The translations under genes and the position numbers were made by a program. 64,000 nucleotides of DNA from assembly GCA_050249535.1 (NCBI GenBank), contig JBFWQI010000002.1, positions 78,379 to 142,378 on the forward strand. Direction: 5' to 3'. The DNA comes from Blastocatellales bacterium. Lineage in GTDB: Bacteria > Acidobacteriota > Blastocatellia > RBC074. Of this stretch, positions 32,859 through 49,404 are shown in pieces (position 1 is the stretch's first letter; every line of letters starts with the position of its first letter). The notes below the pieces were generated by a model. The model had not been told where the DNA came from and did not search any database. It saw nothing but the letters and a program-made list of their open reading frames with translations.

Positions 32859-32886
32859 GGCGCACCGGGCTTCTACCCGGTGCGCC
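32859..32886 (+). terminator. Perfect 11-bp GC hairpin after the ECF operon (no U-tract)
   Basis: GGCGCACCGGG-cttcta-CCCGGTGCGCC. Confidence 0.35.
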
Positions 32887-33063
32887 CTCGATGATCCCCG
32901 CTCCATCCCGCCCGCTCTGCTTTCCCGATTTTCATCGTAACTGGGTAAAGATGCGCACTCCGCTGCGCGAAAGCTCTCAGGCCACAGTCACCCCTTAGTC
33001 GCTGATCGCCGGTTACAGTGGCACGAATATTGCTTTCCTTAATTAATACACGGGGAGGCGGGT

Positions 33064-34515
33064 ATGAAGATAAAAATCACCAATACACGAATCGCACTGA
33101 TAATGATCCTGATTGCGGCGGGAGTTGTGGGGATCTGGTATCTGTATCTGCGTGAAGGCGACGGGACGACGGGATACATGACGGGTCGGGTAACGAAAGG
33201 CAACATCAGAAACACAGTCGGAGCCACGGGGACTCTGCAGGCGGTAACGACGGTCCAGGTCGGGTCGCAGGTTTCGGGAACGATCCAGGCGCTTTACGCC
33301 GACTTCAACAGCGAGGTCAGGAAAGGACAGGTGATAGCGCAGCTCGATCCGGCGATCTTCCAGGCCCAGGTCAGGCAGGCGCGGGCGAATCTGGAGCAGT
33401 CGCGGGCTGATCTGACCGATGCCAGGGCGAAACTGACGGCGGCGCAGGCAGCGGTCGAGAACCAGCGGGCCGGCGTTTCAGGGGCTGACGCCAATCTGGC
33501 GGCGCTCAAGGCGCAACTCGACGATGCGCAGAGTTTTTACAGGCGGCAGGAAGAGCTGGCCGAGAACGGAATCATATCGAATCGCGAACTGGAGCTTGCC
33601 CGGACGACTTATCAATCGGCCAGGGCGCGGTACGATCAGGCGAAGGCCCAGCTCGAACAGGCCCGCCTCAGCGAGCGGACATCGGCCGGCGCCGGGCTGG
33701 AGCAGGCCCGGGCTCAGGTCGAGATGTCCCAGGCCAGAATCAAACAGACTACGGCGTCGCTCGAACTGGCCGAAGCAAATCTGAGCCACACGACGATCCG
33801 CTCGCCGATCGACGGCGTGGTCGTGCTGCGCAATGTCGATGTCGGGCAGACGGTGGCCGCCAGCCTGCAGGCGCCTACGCTCTTCACGATCGCCAACGAC
33901 CTGACGCAGATGCAGGTGATCGCGAATATCGACGAAGCCGACATCGGGGCGATCGGCCCTCAAAACCGCATCCGCTTCACCGTCGACGCCTACCCCGGCA
34001 GGACTTTTGAAGGGAAGATAAATCAGGTCCGGCTGAATCCTCAGAACGTCCAGAACGTCATCACGTACAACGTGGTCATCGACGTCAGCAATCCCGATCT
34101 GAAACTGAAACCCGGGATGACGGCGAATCTGACCTTCTTCATCGCCGAGCGCAACGGCGTGATCAGGATTCCCAATGCGGCTTTCCGCTTCACTCCGCAG
34201 GGTATGACGCCGAGACAGGTCCGCGAGTCGCTGCCGGAGTCCGAACGCAGGGGCGAGATCGCCTCGGCCAACGATCCCGTGCTGGAAGGACAGCGGAGGG
34301 TCGTCTGGATCCAGGGCGCCGACAGGAAACCGCAGCCGTGTCTGATCAGCATCGGAATCACGGACGGTTCGATGACCGAGATGACGGAAGGAAATCTCGC
34401 CGAGGGCGAGACCGTCATCGTCGGCCAGAGCGTCGCCGGTCAGAGCCAGAACAATCAGCGGGCGCCGGGGTTCGGCAACGTCCCGAGGGGCGCCGGCGGC
34501 ATGAGAATCCGGTGA
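33064..34515 (+). CDS. macA: Efflux periplasmic adaptor (HlyD/MacA family membrane fusion protein)
   Basis: N-terminal TM helix, long coiled-coil hairpin, then lipoyl and beta-barrel blocks (IRSPIDGVVVLRNVDVGQTV, FEGKINQVRLNPQNVQNVITYNVVIDV). Confidence 0.85.
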   Translation: MKIKITNTRIALIMILIAAGVVGIWYLYLREGDGTTGYMTGRVTKGNIRNTVGATGTLQAVTTVQVGSQVSGTIQALYADFNSEVRKGQVIAQLDPAIFQAQVRQARANLEQSRADLTDARAKLTAAQAAVENQRAGVSGADANLAALKAQLDDAQSFYRRQEELAENGIISNRELELARTTYQSARARYDQAKAQLEQARLSERTSAGAGLEQARAQVEMSQARIKQTTASLELAEANLSHTTIRSPIDGVVVLRNVDVGQTVAASLQAPTLFTIANDLTQMQVIANIDEADIGAIGPQNRIRFTVDAYPGRTFEGKINQVRLNPQNVQNVITYNVVIDVSNPDLKLKPGMTANLTFFIAERNGVIRIPNAAFRFTPQGMTPRQVRESLPESERRGEIASANDPVLEGQRRVVWIQGADRKPQPCLISIGITDGSMTEMTEGNLAEGETVIVGQSVAGQSQNNQRAPGFGNVPRGAGGMRIR

Positions 34516-34554
34516 TAGTCGAACTCCGTTCGCACCGCCGGCCGGGAGAACGTC

Positions 34555-36636
34555 ATGCAGGCAACACTTGAAGAGAAGATTGTCACTGTCCGTCCGGAGC
34601 CTGAAAGTCGGACCGATGCTCCGCTGATCGAATTACACGGGATCGACAAGATCTATTCGACGGGAACGGTCGTCGTGCAGGCTCTGCGCAATGTCTCGCT
34701 GAATGTCGCAAAGGGCGAGTTCATCGCGATCATGGGAGCTTCAGGATCGGGCAAATCGACGCTCATGAACATCCTCGGATGCCTCGACCGTCCGACGGGT
34801 GGAGAGTACTTCCTAGAAGGCAGGGACATGTCCTCACTTTCGAAGGACGAACGAGCCGATATCCGCAACAGCCGCATCGGCTTCGTCTTTCAGGGATTCA
34901 ACCTGCTGCCCCGCACCTCTGCGATCGAAAACGTGGAACTGCCGCTGCTCTATGCCGGAATGGACACGGCCGAGCGCCGCCGCCGGGCGACCGAGGTCCT
35001 CGAAGCGGTTGGACTTGCCGGTCGTGAAAACAGCCCGCCGAACCAGCTCTCCGGCGGTCAGCAGCAGCGCGTCGCCATTGCCAGGGCGCTCATCAACCGC
35101 CCCTCGATCATCCTTGCCGATGAACCGACGGGAAACCTGGACTCGCGAACCTCAATCGAGATCATGAGCATTCTTCAGCGGCTCAACAGCGAACTGGGAA
35201 TCACGCTGATCATGGTCACTCACGAACATGACATCGCCGAATATGCGCGCCGCGCAATCGTCTTCAGGGACGGCGAGATATGCAGCGACGAAATGATCAG
35301 ACGGCGTCGGGACGCGGCGTCCGAAATGGGATTGAGTCGCACCGTCGAAGATCGGGGCGGGGCGCCGCGATCAGCGCCCGGCGAAAAAGCCCGTCCGTTC
35401 GGGGGTCGGTTCGATGAGTTGACGATGATTCTGCGGATCGCTATCCGAGCACTGGCCCGCAACAAGGTGCGCTCGATGCTGACCATGCTCGGCATCGTGA
35501 TCGGAGTCGCCGCGGTCATCGCAATGGTCGGCATCGGACAGGGAGCTTCGGCTTCGGTCCAGGCCCAGATCGCCGGAGTCGGCACCAATCTGCTCTTCGT
35601 CAGCACCGGCTCGCAGAACGTCGGAGGCGTGCGGAGCGGAACCGGGGCAACCAGCCTCAACACGCTGACTGTCGACGATATCGAGGCGATCGGACGTGAA
35701 ATCCCAAGCGTCGCAATGTCCAGCCCGGCCGTCAATACGCGAGCGCAAATGGTATACGGCAACCGCAACTGGAACAGTTCGGTTCAGGGCGTCAATGAAA
35801 AATTCCTGCAGATCCGCAATTGGTCGATCGAGTCGGGCGAGTTCTTCTCCGAGGCGGACATCCGTACCGCGGCCAGGGTCGTGGTCATCGGCCGGACCGT
35901 AGCCGACAACCTTTTCAGCGGCTCTGTTCCGATCGGACAGACGATGCGCGTCAGGAACCTCCCGTTCCGCGTGATCGGAGTTCTGGCAGCGAGAGGGCAG
36001 GATCCCGGAGGCCGCGACCAGGACGACCTTGTTCTCGCTCCCTACACCACCGTTCAGAAAAAACTGCTGGCGATCACCCACGTCCAGTTCGCTTACGTTT
36101 CAGCCATCTCGCCCGATATGACATACACCGCCGAGCGGCAGATCACCGAACTGCTGCGCCAGCGCCACAAACTGGCGCCGAACGAGGACAACGATTTCAC
36201 GGTCAGAAATATGACCGACGTGGCCGAAGCCGCAGTCGAGACCAATCGCATCATGACGCTTCTGCTCGGCAGCATCGCGGGAGTTTCGCTCCTCGTCGGC
36301 GGAATCGGCATCATGAACATCATGCTCGTCTCAGTCACCGAACGAACCCGGGAGATCGGAATTCGCATGGCGATCGGCGCTCGCTCGTCAGCGGTCAGGA
36401 CCCAGTTTCTGATCGAATCGATCGTCCTCAGCCTGATCGGCGGTCTGATCGGCATCATCCTCGGCGTGACGATTTCGATTCTGATCCCGAAACTGCTCGG
36501 CTGGGCGACGCTGGTCTCTCCCTCCGCCATCATCGGAGCCGTCTTCTTCTCCGCCGCCGTCGGGATCTTCTTCGGTTACTATCCGGCGCGCAAAGCGTCA
36601 CGCCTCGATCCGATCGAAGCGCTTCGCTACGAATAA
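34555..36636 (+). CDS. macB: MacB-type ABC transporter with fused ATPase and FtsX permease
   Basis: Walker [10 protein letters not shown], signature [15 protein letters not shown], Walker [13 protein letters not shown]. The C-terminal half is a FtsX four-TM permease. Confidence 0.9.
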   Translation: MQATLEEKIVTVRPEPESRTDAPLIELHGIDKIYSTGTVVVQALRNVSLNVAKGEFIAIMGASGSGKSTLMNILGCLDRPTGGEYFLEGRDMSSLSKDERADIRNSRIGFVFQGFNLLPRTSAIENVELPLLYAGMDTAERRRRATEVLEAVGLAGRENSPPNQLSGGQQQRVAIARALINRPSIILADEPTGNLDSRTSIEIMSILQRLNSELGITLIMVTHEHDIAEYARRAIVFRDGEICSDEMIRRRRDAASEMGLSRTVEDRGGAPRSAPGEKARPFGGRFDELTMILRIAIRALARNKVRSMLTMLGIVIGVAAVIAMVGIGQGASASVQAQIAGVGTNLLFVSTGSQNVGGVRSGTGATSLNTLTVDDIEAIGREIPSVAMSSPAVNTRAQMVYGNRNWNSSVQGVNEKFLQIRNWSIESGEFFSEADIRTAARVVVIGRTVADNLFSGSVPIGQTMRVRNLPFRVIGVLAARGQDPGGRDQDDLVLAPYTTVQKKLLAITHVQFAYVSAISPDMTYTAERQITELLRQRHKLAPNEDNDFTVRNMTDVAEAAVETNRIMTLLLGSIAGVSLLVGGIGIMNIMLVSVTERTREIGIRMAIGARSSAVRTQFLIESIVLSLIGGLIGIILGVTISILIPKLLGWATLVSPSAIIGAVFFSAAVGIFFGYYPARKASRLDPIEALRYE

Positions 36637-36749
36637 TCCGGCTCTCACCGCTGTTCTGAAAATGGAAAGCGTGTAAAATACCTTCCACTTCAGAAATCAG
36701 AACACCGATTTATTTACCGAATTTCAGCGTTCGACAGGAGGAACAGGTC

Positions 36750-38105
36750 ATGCGGCGACGAGATTTCGTGCGAATGGGCGCCGGGTTTGCCATCGCCCCC
36801 GCGGTTCTGCGGAGAAATTACCTATACTCAGAGGAGTTTGCCCAGACGCGACCGCGCGTCGGACTGATCGGCTCGGGATGGTACGGCAAGTCCGATCTCT
36901 TCCGGCTGCTTCAGGTGGCGCCGGTCGAGGTCGTCTCGCTCTGCGACGTCGATAAACGGATGCTCGCGGAAGCCGCCGATATTGTCGAGAGCCGCCAGGA
37001 ATCGAAGAAGAGACCGCGCACCTACGGCGATTACCGCGAGATGCTCAGGGAGAAGGACCTCGACATCGTCCTCATCGCCACGCCCGATCACTGGCACGCA
37101 CTGCCGATGATCGCCGCCTGCGAGGCGGGCGCGGACATCTACGTCCAGAAGCCGATCAGCGTCGACGTCGTCGAGGGCCAGGCCATGCTCGCCGCCGCGC
37201 GCAAACACAAGCGCGTGGTCCAGGTCGGCACTCAACGCCGCTCGACTCCGCACCTGATCGAGGCACGAGACGAGATCATCAAACCCGGTAAGCTCGGCAA
37301 GATCGGCCTCGTCGAGATCTACTGCTACTACCATATGCGCGCGCGCGAGAATCCGCCCGACACCGCCCCGCCGGACTATCTCGACTACGAGATGTGGACC
37401 GGCCCGGCGCCGATGCGCCCCTACAACAGCCTCGTCCATCCGCGACGCTGGCGCGCATTCATGGAATACGGCAACGGGATCATCGGAGACATGTGCATCC
37501 ACATGCTCGATACTGTGCGGTGGATGCTCGGTCTCGGCTGGCCGCAGAAGATCAGTTCGAGCGGCGGCATACTGGTCGACAAACAGAGCAAGGCCAATAT
37601 CTCGGACACCCAGACGGCCACCTTCGACTTCCCCGGCCTGCCCGTCGTCTGGCAGCATCGGACATATGGACATCCGCCCGATCCGCAATACCCGTGGGGA
37701 CTGACGATCTACGGCGACAAGGGAACCCTCAAGGCCAGCGTCATGAGCTACGATTTCATCCCGATGGACAAGAACGAGAAGCCTGTCCACAGGGATGTCA
37801 AATACGAACTTGACGAGTACCCGGTCGATCGCACCGAGAAGGACCTCGAAAAACACGTCGCGCCGGCAATTCGCGGGCACATGAAGGACCTGCTCCGCTC
37901 GATCGCCGATCGCGGGCGCCCCGTAGCCGACATCGAGGAGGGCCACATCTCGACCGCCAGTTGCATCCTGGCGAATATCTCGATGAAGCTCGGCCGCTCT
38001 CTCGCATGGGACCCGAAGACCCACCGCGTCATCGGCGACAACGAGGCCAACAGGCTCCTCCAGCGCGAGTACCGCAAGCCCTGGGTCCACCCTAAACCGC
38101 TTTAA
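36750..38105 (+). CDS. Gfo/Idh/MocA family oxidoreductase, Tat-exported (second paralog)
   Basis: MRRRDFVRMGAGFAIAPAV Tat motif, VGLIGSGWYG Rossmann block, ATPDHWHA. Confidence 0.85.
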   Translation: MRRRDFVRMGAGFAIAPAVLRRNYLYSEEFAQTRPRVGLIGSGWYGKSDLFRLLQVAPVEVVSLCDVDKRMLAEAADIVESRQESKKRPRTYGDYREMLREKDLDIVLIATPDHWHALPMIAACEAGADIYVQKPISVDVVEGQAMLAAARKHKRVVQVGTQRRSTPHLIEARDEIIKPGKLGKIGLVEIYCYYHMRARENPPDTAPPDYLDYEMWTGPAPMRPYNSLVHPRRWRAFMEYGNGIIGDMCIHMLDTVRWMLGLGWPQKISSSGGILVDKQSKANISDTQTATFDFPGLPVVWQHRTYGHPPDPQYPWGLTIYGDKGTLKASVMSYDFIPMDKNEKPVHRDVKYELDEYPVDRTEKDLEKHVAPAIRGHMKDLLRSIADRGRPVADIEEGHISTASCILANISMKLGRSLAWDPKTHRVIGDNEANRLLQREYRKPWVHPKPL

Positions 38106-38116
38106 CCTTCGGAGGT

Positions 38117-38320
38117 TTTAAACGCCAGGGCGCCAAGATTTAAACGCCAAGGCGCCAAGATCGCCAAGATTGGTTATTGATATTAAAACCAGCGTTCCAA
38201 CCCATGGGCAAATGCCTGATGATTAGAACCGGTGTTTAACGATCAATAACCAATCTTGGCGATCTTGGCGCCTTGGCGTTTAAATCTTGGCGCCTTGGCG
38301 TTTAAACCCCTTGGCGTTTA
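38117..38320. mobile_element. MITE-like element, copy 1: 65-bp terminal inverted repeats with one mismatch, built of tandem TTTAAACGCCAAGGCGCCAAGA units around a 60-bp core
   Basis: Left TIR 38117-38181 and right TIR 38241-38305 are reverse complements of each other, read directly. An extra partial unit lies at 38308-38319. Confidence 0.65.
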
Positions 38321-38321
38321 G

Positions 38322-39776
38322 CTATTTTTTGATCAGCTCTTTTTCGCTCGCTGGCTGAAGTTTCAGGCCAATGCCTCCCTGCCCGACCAGTTTCTCCAGA
38401 TCGTTCAACTCAGTCGGCAGAAAGTCCGTGAAGTTCTCATATCCGTCCCGGGTAATCACGATCACGTCCTCGTAGCGAAGGTAGAGGTTCTCCTCCGGGA
38501 CCCACATCTGCGGATCAATCGAGAAGACGTGGCCGGGTTTGAGAACGTCACGGTTGTACGGTCCGTCGTCGTGAACCGCCATCCCGACAGGGTGCGAGAG
38601 GGTTCCGCCGCCGGTAGCCACCATCTTCCTGGCCGCCTGCTCATAGACGGGTTTCGAGAATCTGGTGCGCTGCAGGACCGGCTCCATGTCTGTCCGCGCC
38701 CGTTCGAGTATCTCTTTCGTCGTCACGCCCGGTCGAATGTGCCTGAGAACCGTGTTGCGATACTCGAGAATGAATTGCAGCAGCTCTCTCTGCACCGGCG
38801 AGAACTTCCCGTTGACCGGCCACATTCGCGTCACGTCGCTGGTGTAGTACTTGTAGTCCGGCGCGAAATCCAGCAGCACCAGATCGCCGTCCTTCAACTG
38901 AGAATTGTTGCGATAGTAATGGCCGTTCCAGATATTGGCCGTGCCTGAAGCCGTGATCGAACGATAACCTTCGAGCCGCGCTCCGCCCGCGAGGAAGATA
39001 TACCGCGCCGCCGCGTCGAGATGATATTCGTAGAGCCCCGCGCGCGTGCTCTTGATCGCCTCCAGTATCCCCAGACCCGCCAGTTGCGATGCGCGACGGA
39101 TAAGCGCGATCTCGCGCGGGCTCTTGACGCTCCGCAGTTCGTCGAGGATCGGCGTCAGGTCGCGGATATCGGCGCGCGGAGCCCGCGTCCGAAGCAGGCC
39201 AACGAAATTGGCCTCGCGCGAAACCCGGCCGTCCCAGTAATCGGCGGCGATCGCGGCGTTGGCCATCTGTAGTTCGTAGCGGCTCTCGGCGGTGCCTTCC
39301 GCCGGAGAGAACATCGTATAGATCACCGGCGCCGGAGCCTTCATCAGATCGTTGAACCAGTCCTCCCCCATGAGCCTTGTGCTCGCGACGGAATCCGCTC
39401 CCGTTAATTGCATGACGAGCGCGGCATCCTCGGCCGAAAGCACTTTTCCTTCGTTCCGCTCCAGCCGCTCGTTGCGCGGCGGCAGGAAGAGCGTGGCCAT
39501 CCTCGTCCGGCCGTCCAGCAGCAGATACGCTCCGGGCGTCTCGATTCCGCTCAGGTAATAGAACTCGTTCGACTGGCGCGGCATCGTGAAGCCCCTGGTC
39601 AGCGGAGCCCCCTGCACGATGGCTATGGCACGGTCCCCGATCCGATCGAAGACCAATGACCAGCGCGCCTTGAACTCATCAGCCGGAAAGTCTGTCTGGT
39701 GATACGGCGTCTGAGCGGAAACCGATGTGGAGAGGAACATCAACAGTATGCAAAATATGATCAGTTTTCGTTTCAT
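38322..39776 (-). CDS. Xaa-Pro aminopeptidase (M24B, aminopeptidase P family), secreted
   Basis: Signal MKRKLIIFCILLMFLSTSVSAQ. M24 blocks DGDLVLLDFAPDYKYYTSDVTR, HPVGMAVHD and ENLYLRYEDVIV. The track's 39863 start is a TTG inside a MITE-like repeat; ATG 39776 is preferred. Confidence 0.85.
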   Translation of the reverse strand: MKRKLIIFCILLMFLSTSVSAQTPYHQTDFPADEFKARWSLVFDRIGDRAIAIVQGAPLTRGFTMPRQSNEFYYLSGIETPGAYLLLDGRTRMATLFLPPRNERLERNEGKVLSAEDAALVMQLTGADSVASTRLMGEDWFNDLMKAPAPVIYTMFSPAEGTAESRYELQMANAAIAADYWDGRVSREANFVGLLRTRAPRADIRDLTPILDELRSVKSPREIALIRRASQLAGLGILEAIKSTRAGLYEYHLDAAARYIFLAGGARLEGYRSITASGTANIWNGHYYRNNSQLKDGDLVLLDFAPDYKYYTSDVTRMWPVNGKFSPVQRELLQFILEYRNTVLRHIRPGVTTKEILERARTDMEPVLQRTRFSKPVYEQAARKMVATGGGTLSHPVGMAVHDDGPYNRDVLKPGHVFSIDPQMWVPEENLYLRYEDVIVITRDGYENFTDFLPTELNDLEKLVGQGGIGLKLQPASEKELIKK

Positions 39777-39841
39777 ATAATTTTCCTCGTGCCGGCCGGA
39801 GCCGTTAAACTCAGGTAACTGAACAGCCCTGTTGCGAAAAT

Positions 39842-40019
<178 letters not shown>

Positions 40020-40021
40020 AC

Positions 40022-41655
40022 TTAATTCTTTCCGAACTTCATCTCCGCCAGCAGCCAGGTATTCGGATCGATCCCGACCTGGTCGGGCTCCTTGTCGACG
40101 GCAATCTCGAAGCGCTGCGCTTTCTGAGACAACTCGACCTTTTCGACTTTCAACGCTCCGCCGATCGTTATCCCGATCTCGATCGGCAGTCGATAGGGAT
40201 CTCCCGGCTGCGACTGTCTGAGATCGAGCGAGACCTTCCCTGTCGCCGGGTCATATCGCCAGCCGCCCTCGATGACGGGCGATCCGGCCCGCGAGAGCCA
40301 TTGCCGGAAGAACCATGACAGATCGAGACCGGATTGCTCCTCCATCGCGCGCTGGAAATCTAGTGTCGTCGCGCTGCCGTCGCGATAACGCCGGTAGTAG
40401 GCCCTGATGCCGTTCCAGAATCCGTCCGTGCCCATCAGGTTCCGGAGCATGTGCAGGGTCCACGCGCCTTTCTGATAGATGATCCGGTTGGTCACCTTCG
40501 TCATATCGGCCAGGTTGTCGTGCACGACGGGTGCGTTGGGGATCTCTTTCTCGAGCCTGAAGACGGTTGCGCGGCTCTCCTTCAACCCTCTGACGAAATC
40601 GTCGCGCCCGCGGGAATGTTCGGCGAAGAGCAGCGTGAAATAGGTCGCGAAGCCTTCGCTCAGCCAGATATCATCCCAATCCTTCTGCGTCACCGCGTTG
40701 CCGAACCATTGATGAGCGATCTCGTGAGCGATCAGGTTCACCCCGGACCGCGTGACTCCCCCGGCGGGACTGGTCAGGATCGAATTCTCGCCGTAAAAGA
40801 TCGCGCTGGCGTGTTCGGTCCCGCCGCCGAAGCCGGCCGCTTCGACATTGGCCAGCTTCTCGTATGAGTACGGGCCGATCCATTCGCTGAAAAACTCCAT
40901 GGCCTGCCGCGATGCGGCCTCGAACCAGGCCGGTCCCGCTTCCCGTTCCTGACGATAGACCCAGGTCTGCAACTCGACGCCCTTGACCGGTCCGGCGTGA
41001 TGGACCGAAAACCGGGCCACGCCGATCGCATTCGACCACGAATGAATCGGGACCGACTGTTTCCAGTGCGTCAGCCGCCTCAAACCTTCGAGGTCCGTCT
41101 CTTCCTGCAGCAGTCCGTTCGCAATCACCTGATAATGCGTCGGAGCGGTGATGATGAACTCGCTGGTCGCCTTGTCGTACGGATGATCGATCATCGGCAG
41201 CCACTGACGCGCCTTGTCAGGCCAGTTCTCACTGAAGAAACAACGCTCGCCGAACTTGTTCTTCAGTATCCGCAGACCGCCCGCGGGAATCCCGCGATAC
41301 CGGACTGTGAACAGCCTCCGCTCACCCGCTCTCGATGCCTTGTCCAGCGTGATCCGCAACCGGTCCCCGGCGTGAGCGAACTTGAGCGCCGCGCCGCCCG
41401 ATCGCACTTCCGACACGACCATCCCGCGGCCGCCCTTAACATTCGCAAGATCGAGCGCGAATTCCGAAAGCCCGCCCTCGAGGAATCGAAGATCGACTGT
41501 CGCCTCGCCGGCGATCTCGTCAGTCTCGTCGCTGAGCGTCAGCCTGAACGAGTAATTCAGCGCATCCACGCCCGGCTGGCGCGGATACGTATCGGCCAGC
41601 GACGTCGAGACGATCAGACAAAGCAGAACCAGTTGACCGGCAACAAAAATCCTCT

Positions 41656-41657
<2 letters not shown>
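40022..41657 (-). CDS. M1-family aminopeptidase (aminopeptidase N-like), secreted
   Basis: Zinc motif [10 protein letters not shown] plus [15 protein letters not shown]-like block [11 protein letters not shown] likely GTG start gives the signal peptide [22 protein letters not shown]. Confidence 0.85.
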
Positions 41658-43152
<1,495 letters not shown>

Positions 43153-43256
43153 TCAATTGATGACGTACTCTATATCAGAGTCATCGGATTGGACAATCTG
43201 CTGATGAAAATCGTGCACATTGACACCGATATTTATTCAATGATACATAAACCCAT

Positions 43257-43502
43257 ATGAAAACTACCGTAGAGATTTCCGATGCATTGCTCGAAGAGGC
43301 CAGAAAGGTCGCGGCGCGCGATAAAACAACGGTCCGGGACTTGATCGAGCGGGGCCTTCGTAAAATACTGACGGAACGAAAGAGCGTGCGCGACTTTCAG
43401 TTACGCAAGGTCACATTTAAAGGTAAAGGGTTGCAACCGGGTGTTGTCGAAGGCGACTGGGAACACATTCGCGACCTGATCTATGAAAAACGAGGCGCAT
43501 GA
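43257..43502 (+). CDS. vapB: Type II antitoxin (VapB-like, ribbon-helix-helix)
   Basis: 81 aa, MKTTVEISDALLEEARKVAARDKTTVRDLIERGL. It overlaps the downstream PIN gene by 4 bp. Confidence 0.7.
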   Translation: MKTTVEISDALLEEARKVAARDKTTVRDLIERGLRKILTERKSVRDFQLRKVTFKGKGLQPGVVEGDWEHIRDLIYEKRGA

Positions 43503-43933
43503 TTGCAATTGATACAAATATCCTCGTCTATGCCCACCGGGAAGACTCACCATGGCACGACAAGGCTTATGAAGTGATCTCGGATCTGGCTCAAAGCCGT
43601 CTGTCGTGGGCACTTCCCTGGCCCTGCCTGCATGAGTTTCTTGCCATCGTAACTCATCCTCGAATCTACAATCCTCCGACGCCAGTGAAGATTGCAGTCG
43701 AGCAGATCGAAGCATGGCTGGAATCACCGGGGCTGTCTCTCCTGTCGGAGATCAACGGCTACTGGACTGAGTTACGAACAGTGGTTGAAAATGGACGAGT
43801 ATCCGGACCTCAGATTCACGATGCTCGAATAGCTGCATTATGCAAATTACACGGAGTACGAGAACTATGGACAGCCGATCGTGACTTTACACGATTCCCG
43901 GGTATCGTCGTCCGCAACCCCCTGATTGGTTGA
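43499..43933 (+). CDS. vapC: PIN-domain toxin VapC
   Basis: MIAIDTNILVYAH with acidic PIN residues (D5, E, D, D). 144 aa. Confidence 0.85.
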   Translation: MIAIDTNILVYAHREDSPWHDKAYEVISDLAQSRLSWALPWPCLHEFLAIVTHPRIYNPPTPVKIAVEQIEAWLESPGLSLLSEINGYWTELRTVVENGRVSGPQIHDARIAALCKLHGVRELWTADRDFTRFPGIVVRNPLIG

Positions 43934-43939
43934 GACAAG

Positions 43940-44455
43940 ATGACCAAGGGCGAATTATTAACAAGGATCACGATCTGGGCATCGCTCGCCGGCTATGCCA
44001 TCGGAGCGGCATACCTGCTCTCGCGACGGCCGCTCAAATGGGAGGCCGCGGCGCGATGGGCGTGGAGCGCCGGCTGTCTGAGCCTGATCGCACACGCCAT
44101 CTTCGCTCTCAAATATTTTCACGACTGGAGCCAGTCCGACGCCTGGGTCGAAACCGCCCGCCAGACAGCAGAGGTCTTCACCATCTACTGGGGCGGCGGC
44201 CTGATCATCAATTACGTTTTGATCCTGTTATGGATGGCCGACGTCGTCTGGTGGTGGGCGCGCCCCGAATCGCACCGGAACCGCCCTCGGATAATCGACC
44301 GGATCTGGCAGGGATTCCTGCTCTTCATCATCTTCAATGCCACAGTTGTCTTCAAGACAGGGCCGCTGAGGTGGATCGGCGTGGCCCTCTGCTCGTTGCT
44401 GATCATTCTGTGGTGGAAGGAATACCGGTCATCCGAACGACTCTCTGCCGAATAA
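43940..44455 (+). CDS. Hypothetical integral membrane protein (4 TM helices, Trp-rich)
   Basis: ITIWASLAGYAIGAAYLL, LIINYVLILLWMADVVWWWA and FLLFIIFNATVVF. It lies 6 bp after vapC and 4 bp before the MFS gene. Confidence 0.55.
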   Translation: MTKGELLTRITIWASLAGYAIGAAYLLSRRPLKWEAAARWAWSAGCLSLIAHAIFALKYFHDWSQSDAWVETARQTAEVFTIYWGGGLIINYVLILLWMADVVWWWARPESHRNRPRIIDRIWQGFLLFIIFNATVVFKTGPLRWIGVALCSLLIILWWKEYRSSERLSAE

Positions 44456-44459
44456 CAAA

Positions 44460-45965
<1,506 letters not shown>

Positions 45966-45975
45966 CGAACATCCC

Positions 45976-47271
<1,296 letters not shown>

Positions 47272-47441
47272 GATCGATGACCCCTTTGGTATTTTTTACG
47301 ATTGACGGTTTGATTACTTTCGGGTGACTTCCTGACGTTCTTATATGTCCGACAGGCACTGCCTGACAATCCCGTTGCGCATTTTTTCGTATTATAAAAT
47401 ATGAAAACAACATATCCATGCCCGCGCAAAGATTAATATCG

Positions 47442-47470
47442 TTGATCGGCTGATGTTGAAGTGCGATAAT
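47442..47470 (+). promoter_or_regulatory. Candidate sigma70-like promoter (TTGATC-N17-GATAAT) in an AT-rich gap upstream of the secreted hypothetical gene
   Basis: Hexamers and spacing read directly. No experimental support. Confidence 0.25.
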
Positions 47471-47637
47471 GCCGACGGATTGGGTGCCAAAAGAACTGCT
47501 GTGTCTTCGCTCAATCAGCCCCGCGCCAAACCGGATCAATACAGTCGATCGGATAACTGCACCTCACTCCTCCAGCCGTGTGTCAATCCGGTCTAATGAT
47601 CTTTACATTCAAAACAGCTGTAACAAGGAGTAAAGCG

Positions 47638-48621
<984 letters not shown>

Positions 48622-48642
48622 GAGGCAGTTGTTCAATCCAAG

Positions 48643-48680
48643 GGCCGGAGGACATACCTTCCGGCCCTTCTTTTTTATTC
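48643..48680. terminator. Bidirectional rho-independent terminator between convergent genes
   Basis: GGGCCGGA-ggacatacct-TCCGGCCC then TTCTTTTTTATT. Confidence 0.6.
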
Positions 48681-48693
48681 GCGGACTGTCGGA

Positions 48694-49176
48694 TCAATCG
48701 AGCAGAAAGACCAGCAGCGCCGCCTCGCCGTTCGACCGTCTGCCGGCGACCAGCACGCCCGACATCGCTCCGCCGTCGCCGAGATTGTAGACTTTCAGAT
48801 CGGAGACCGACGGATCGTCGTAAGCGGCTGAGAGCGCCTTCTGTCCGGCGGCGGGATCGCTGATGTTATCGAGGATCATCGGAATCGAATTCCTCGCATC
48901 GGCATCCGTGATCGCCTTCAGTTCGCTGACGATGTCGCCTTTGGCGCCTGAGGGGCGTTCATAGACCTTCTTCCAGGCTGACATCCAGCCCGATTCCCTT
49001 TCGCTGGTCCATCCTTTTCCGACGAAGTACTTGTATCTTTCGAGCGCCTTCTTTTCCAGATCAGCGGCCGAGGCGGCCTGATCGAGGAAGACGGCGCTGC
49101 CGAAACCGGACTGGCTGGGAGCGCCGTAGACGGCTTCGAGATCGGAGATATATGCAGGTTTTTGGGGTGTGGACAT
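48694..49176 (-). CDS. Hypothetical protein (~160 aa)
   Basis: MSTPQKPAYISDLEAVYG...YKYFVGKGWTSERESGWMSAWKK. There is no signal peptide and no family I recognise. Confidence 0.5.
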   Translation of the reverse strand: MSTPQKPAYISDLEAVYGAPSQSGFGSAVFLDQAASAADLEKKALERYKYFVGKGWTSERESGWMSAWKKVYERPSGAKGDIVSELKAITDADARNSIPMILDNISDPAAGQKALSAAYDDPSVSDLKVYNLGDGGAMSGVLVAGRRSNGEAALLVFLLD

Positions 49177-49404
49177 GATTGCTCCTGTAATGATGTAACC
49201 GATGATGACGGCTTCTGTGCGAAGATCCGTGCTGTTCAACGGCCGATCATGTTTTGAGCGTCACATCCGGTCAACAGTATTTTTCCTGAGCGCAAGCAAC
49301 TGAATGATAACGGCCATCAGCCATTGCCCATGCCGGACAGCGTAATCTCCTTGCAACCTTCAGGCCCTTGTAAAAAGCTCTCAATGATTAGCACGGCATG
49401 ATAA

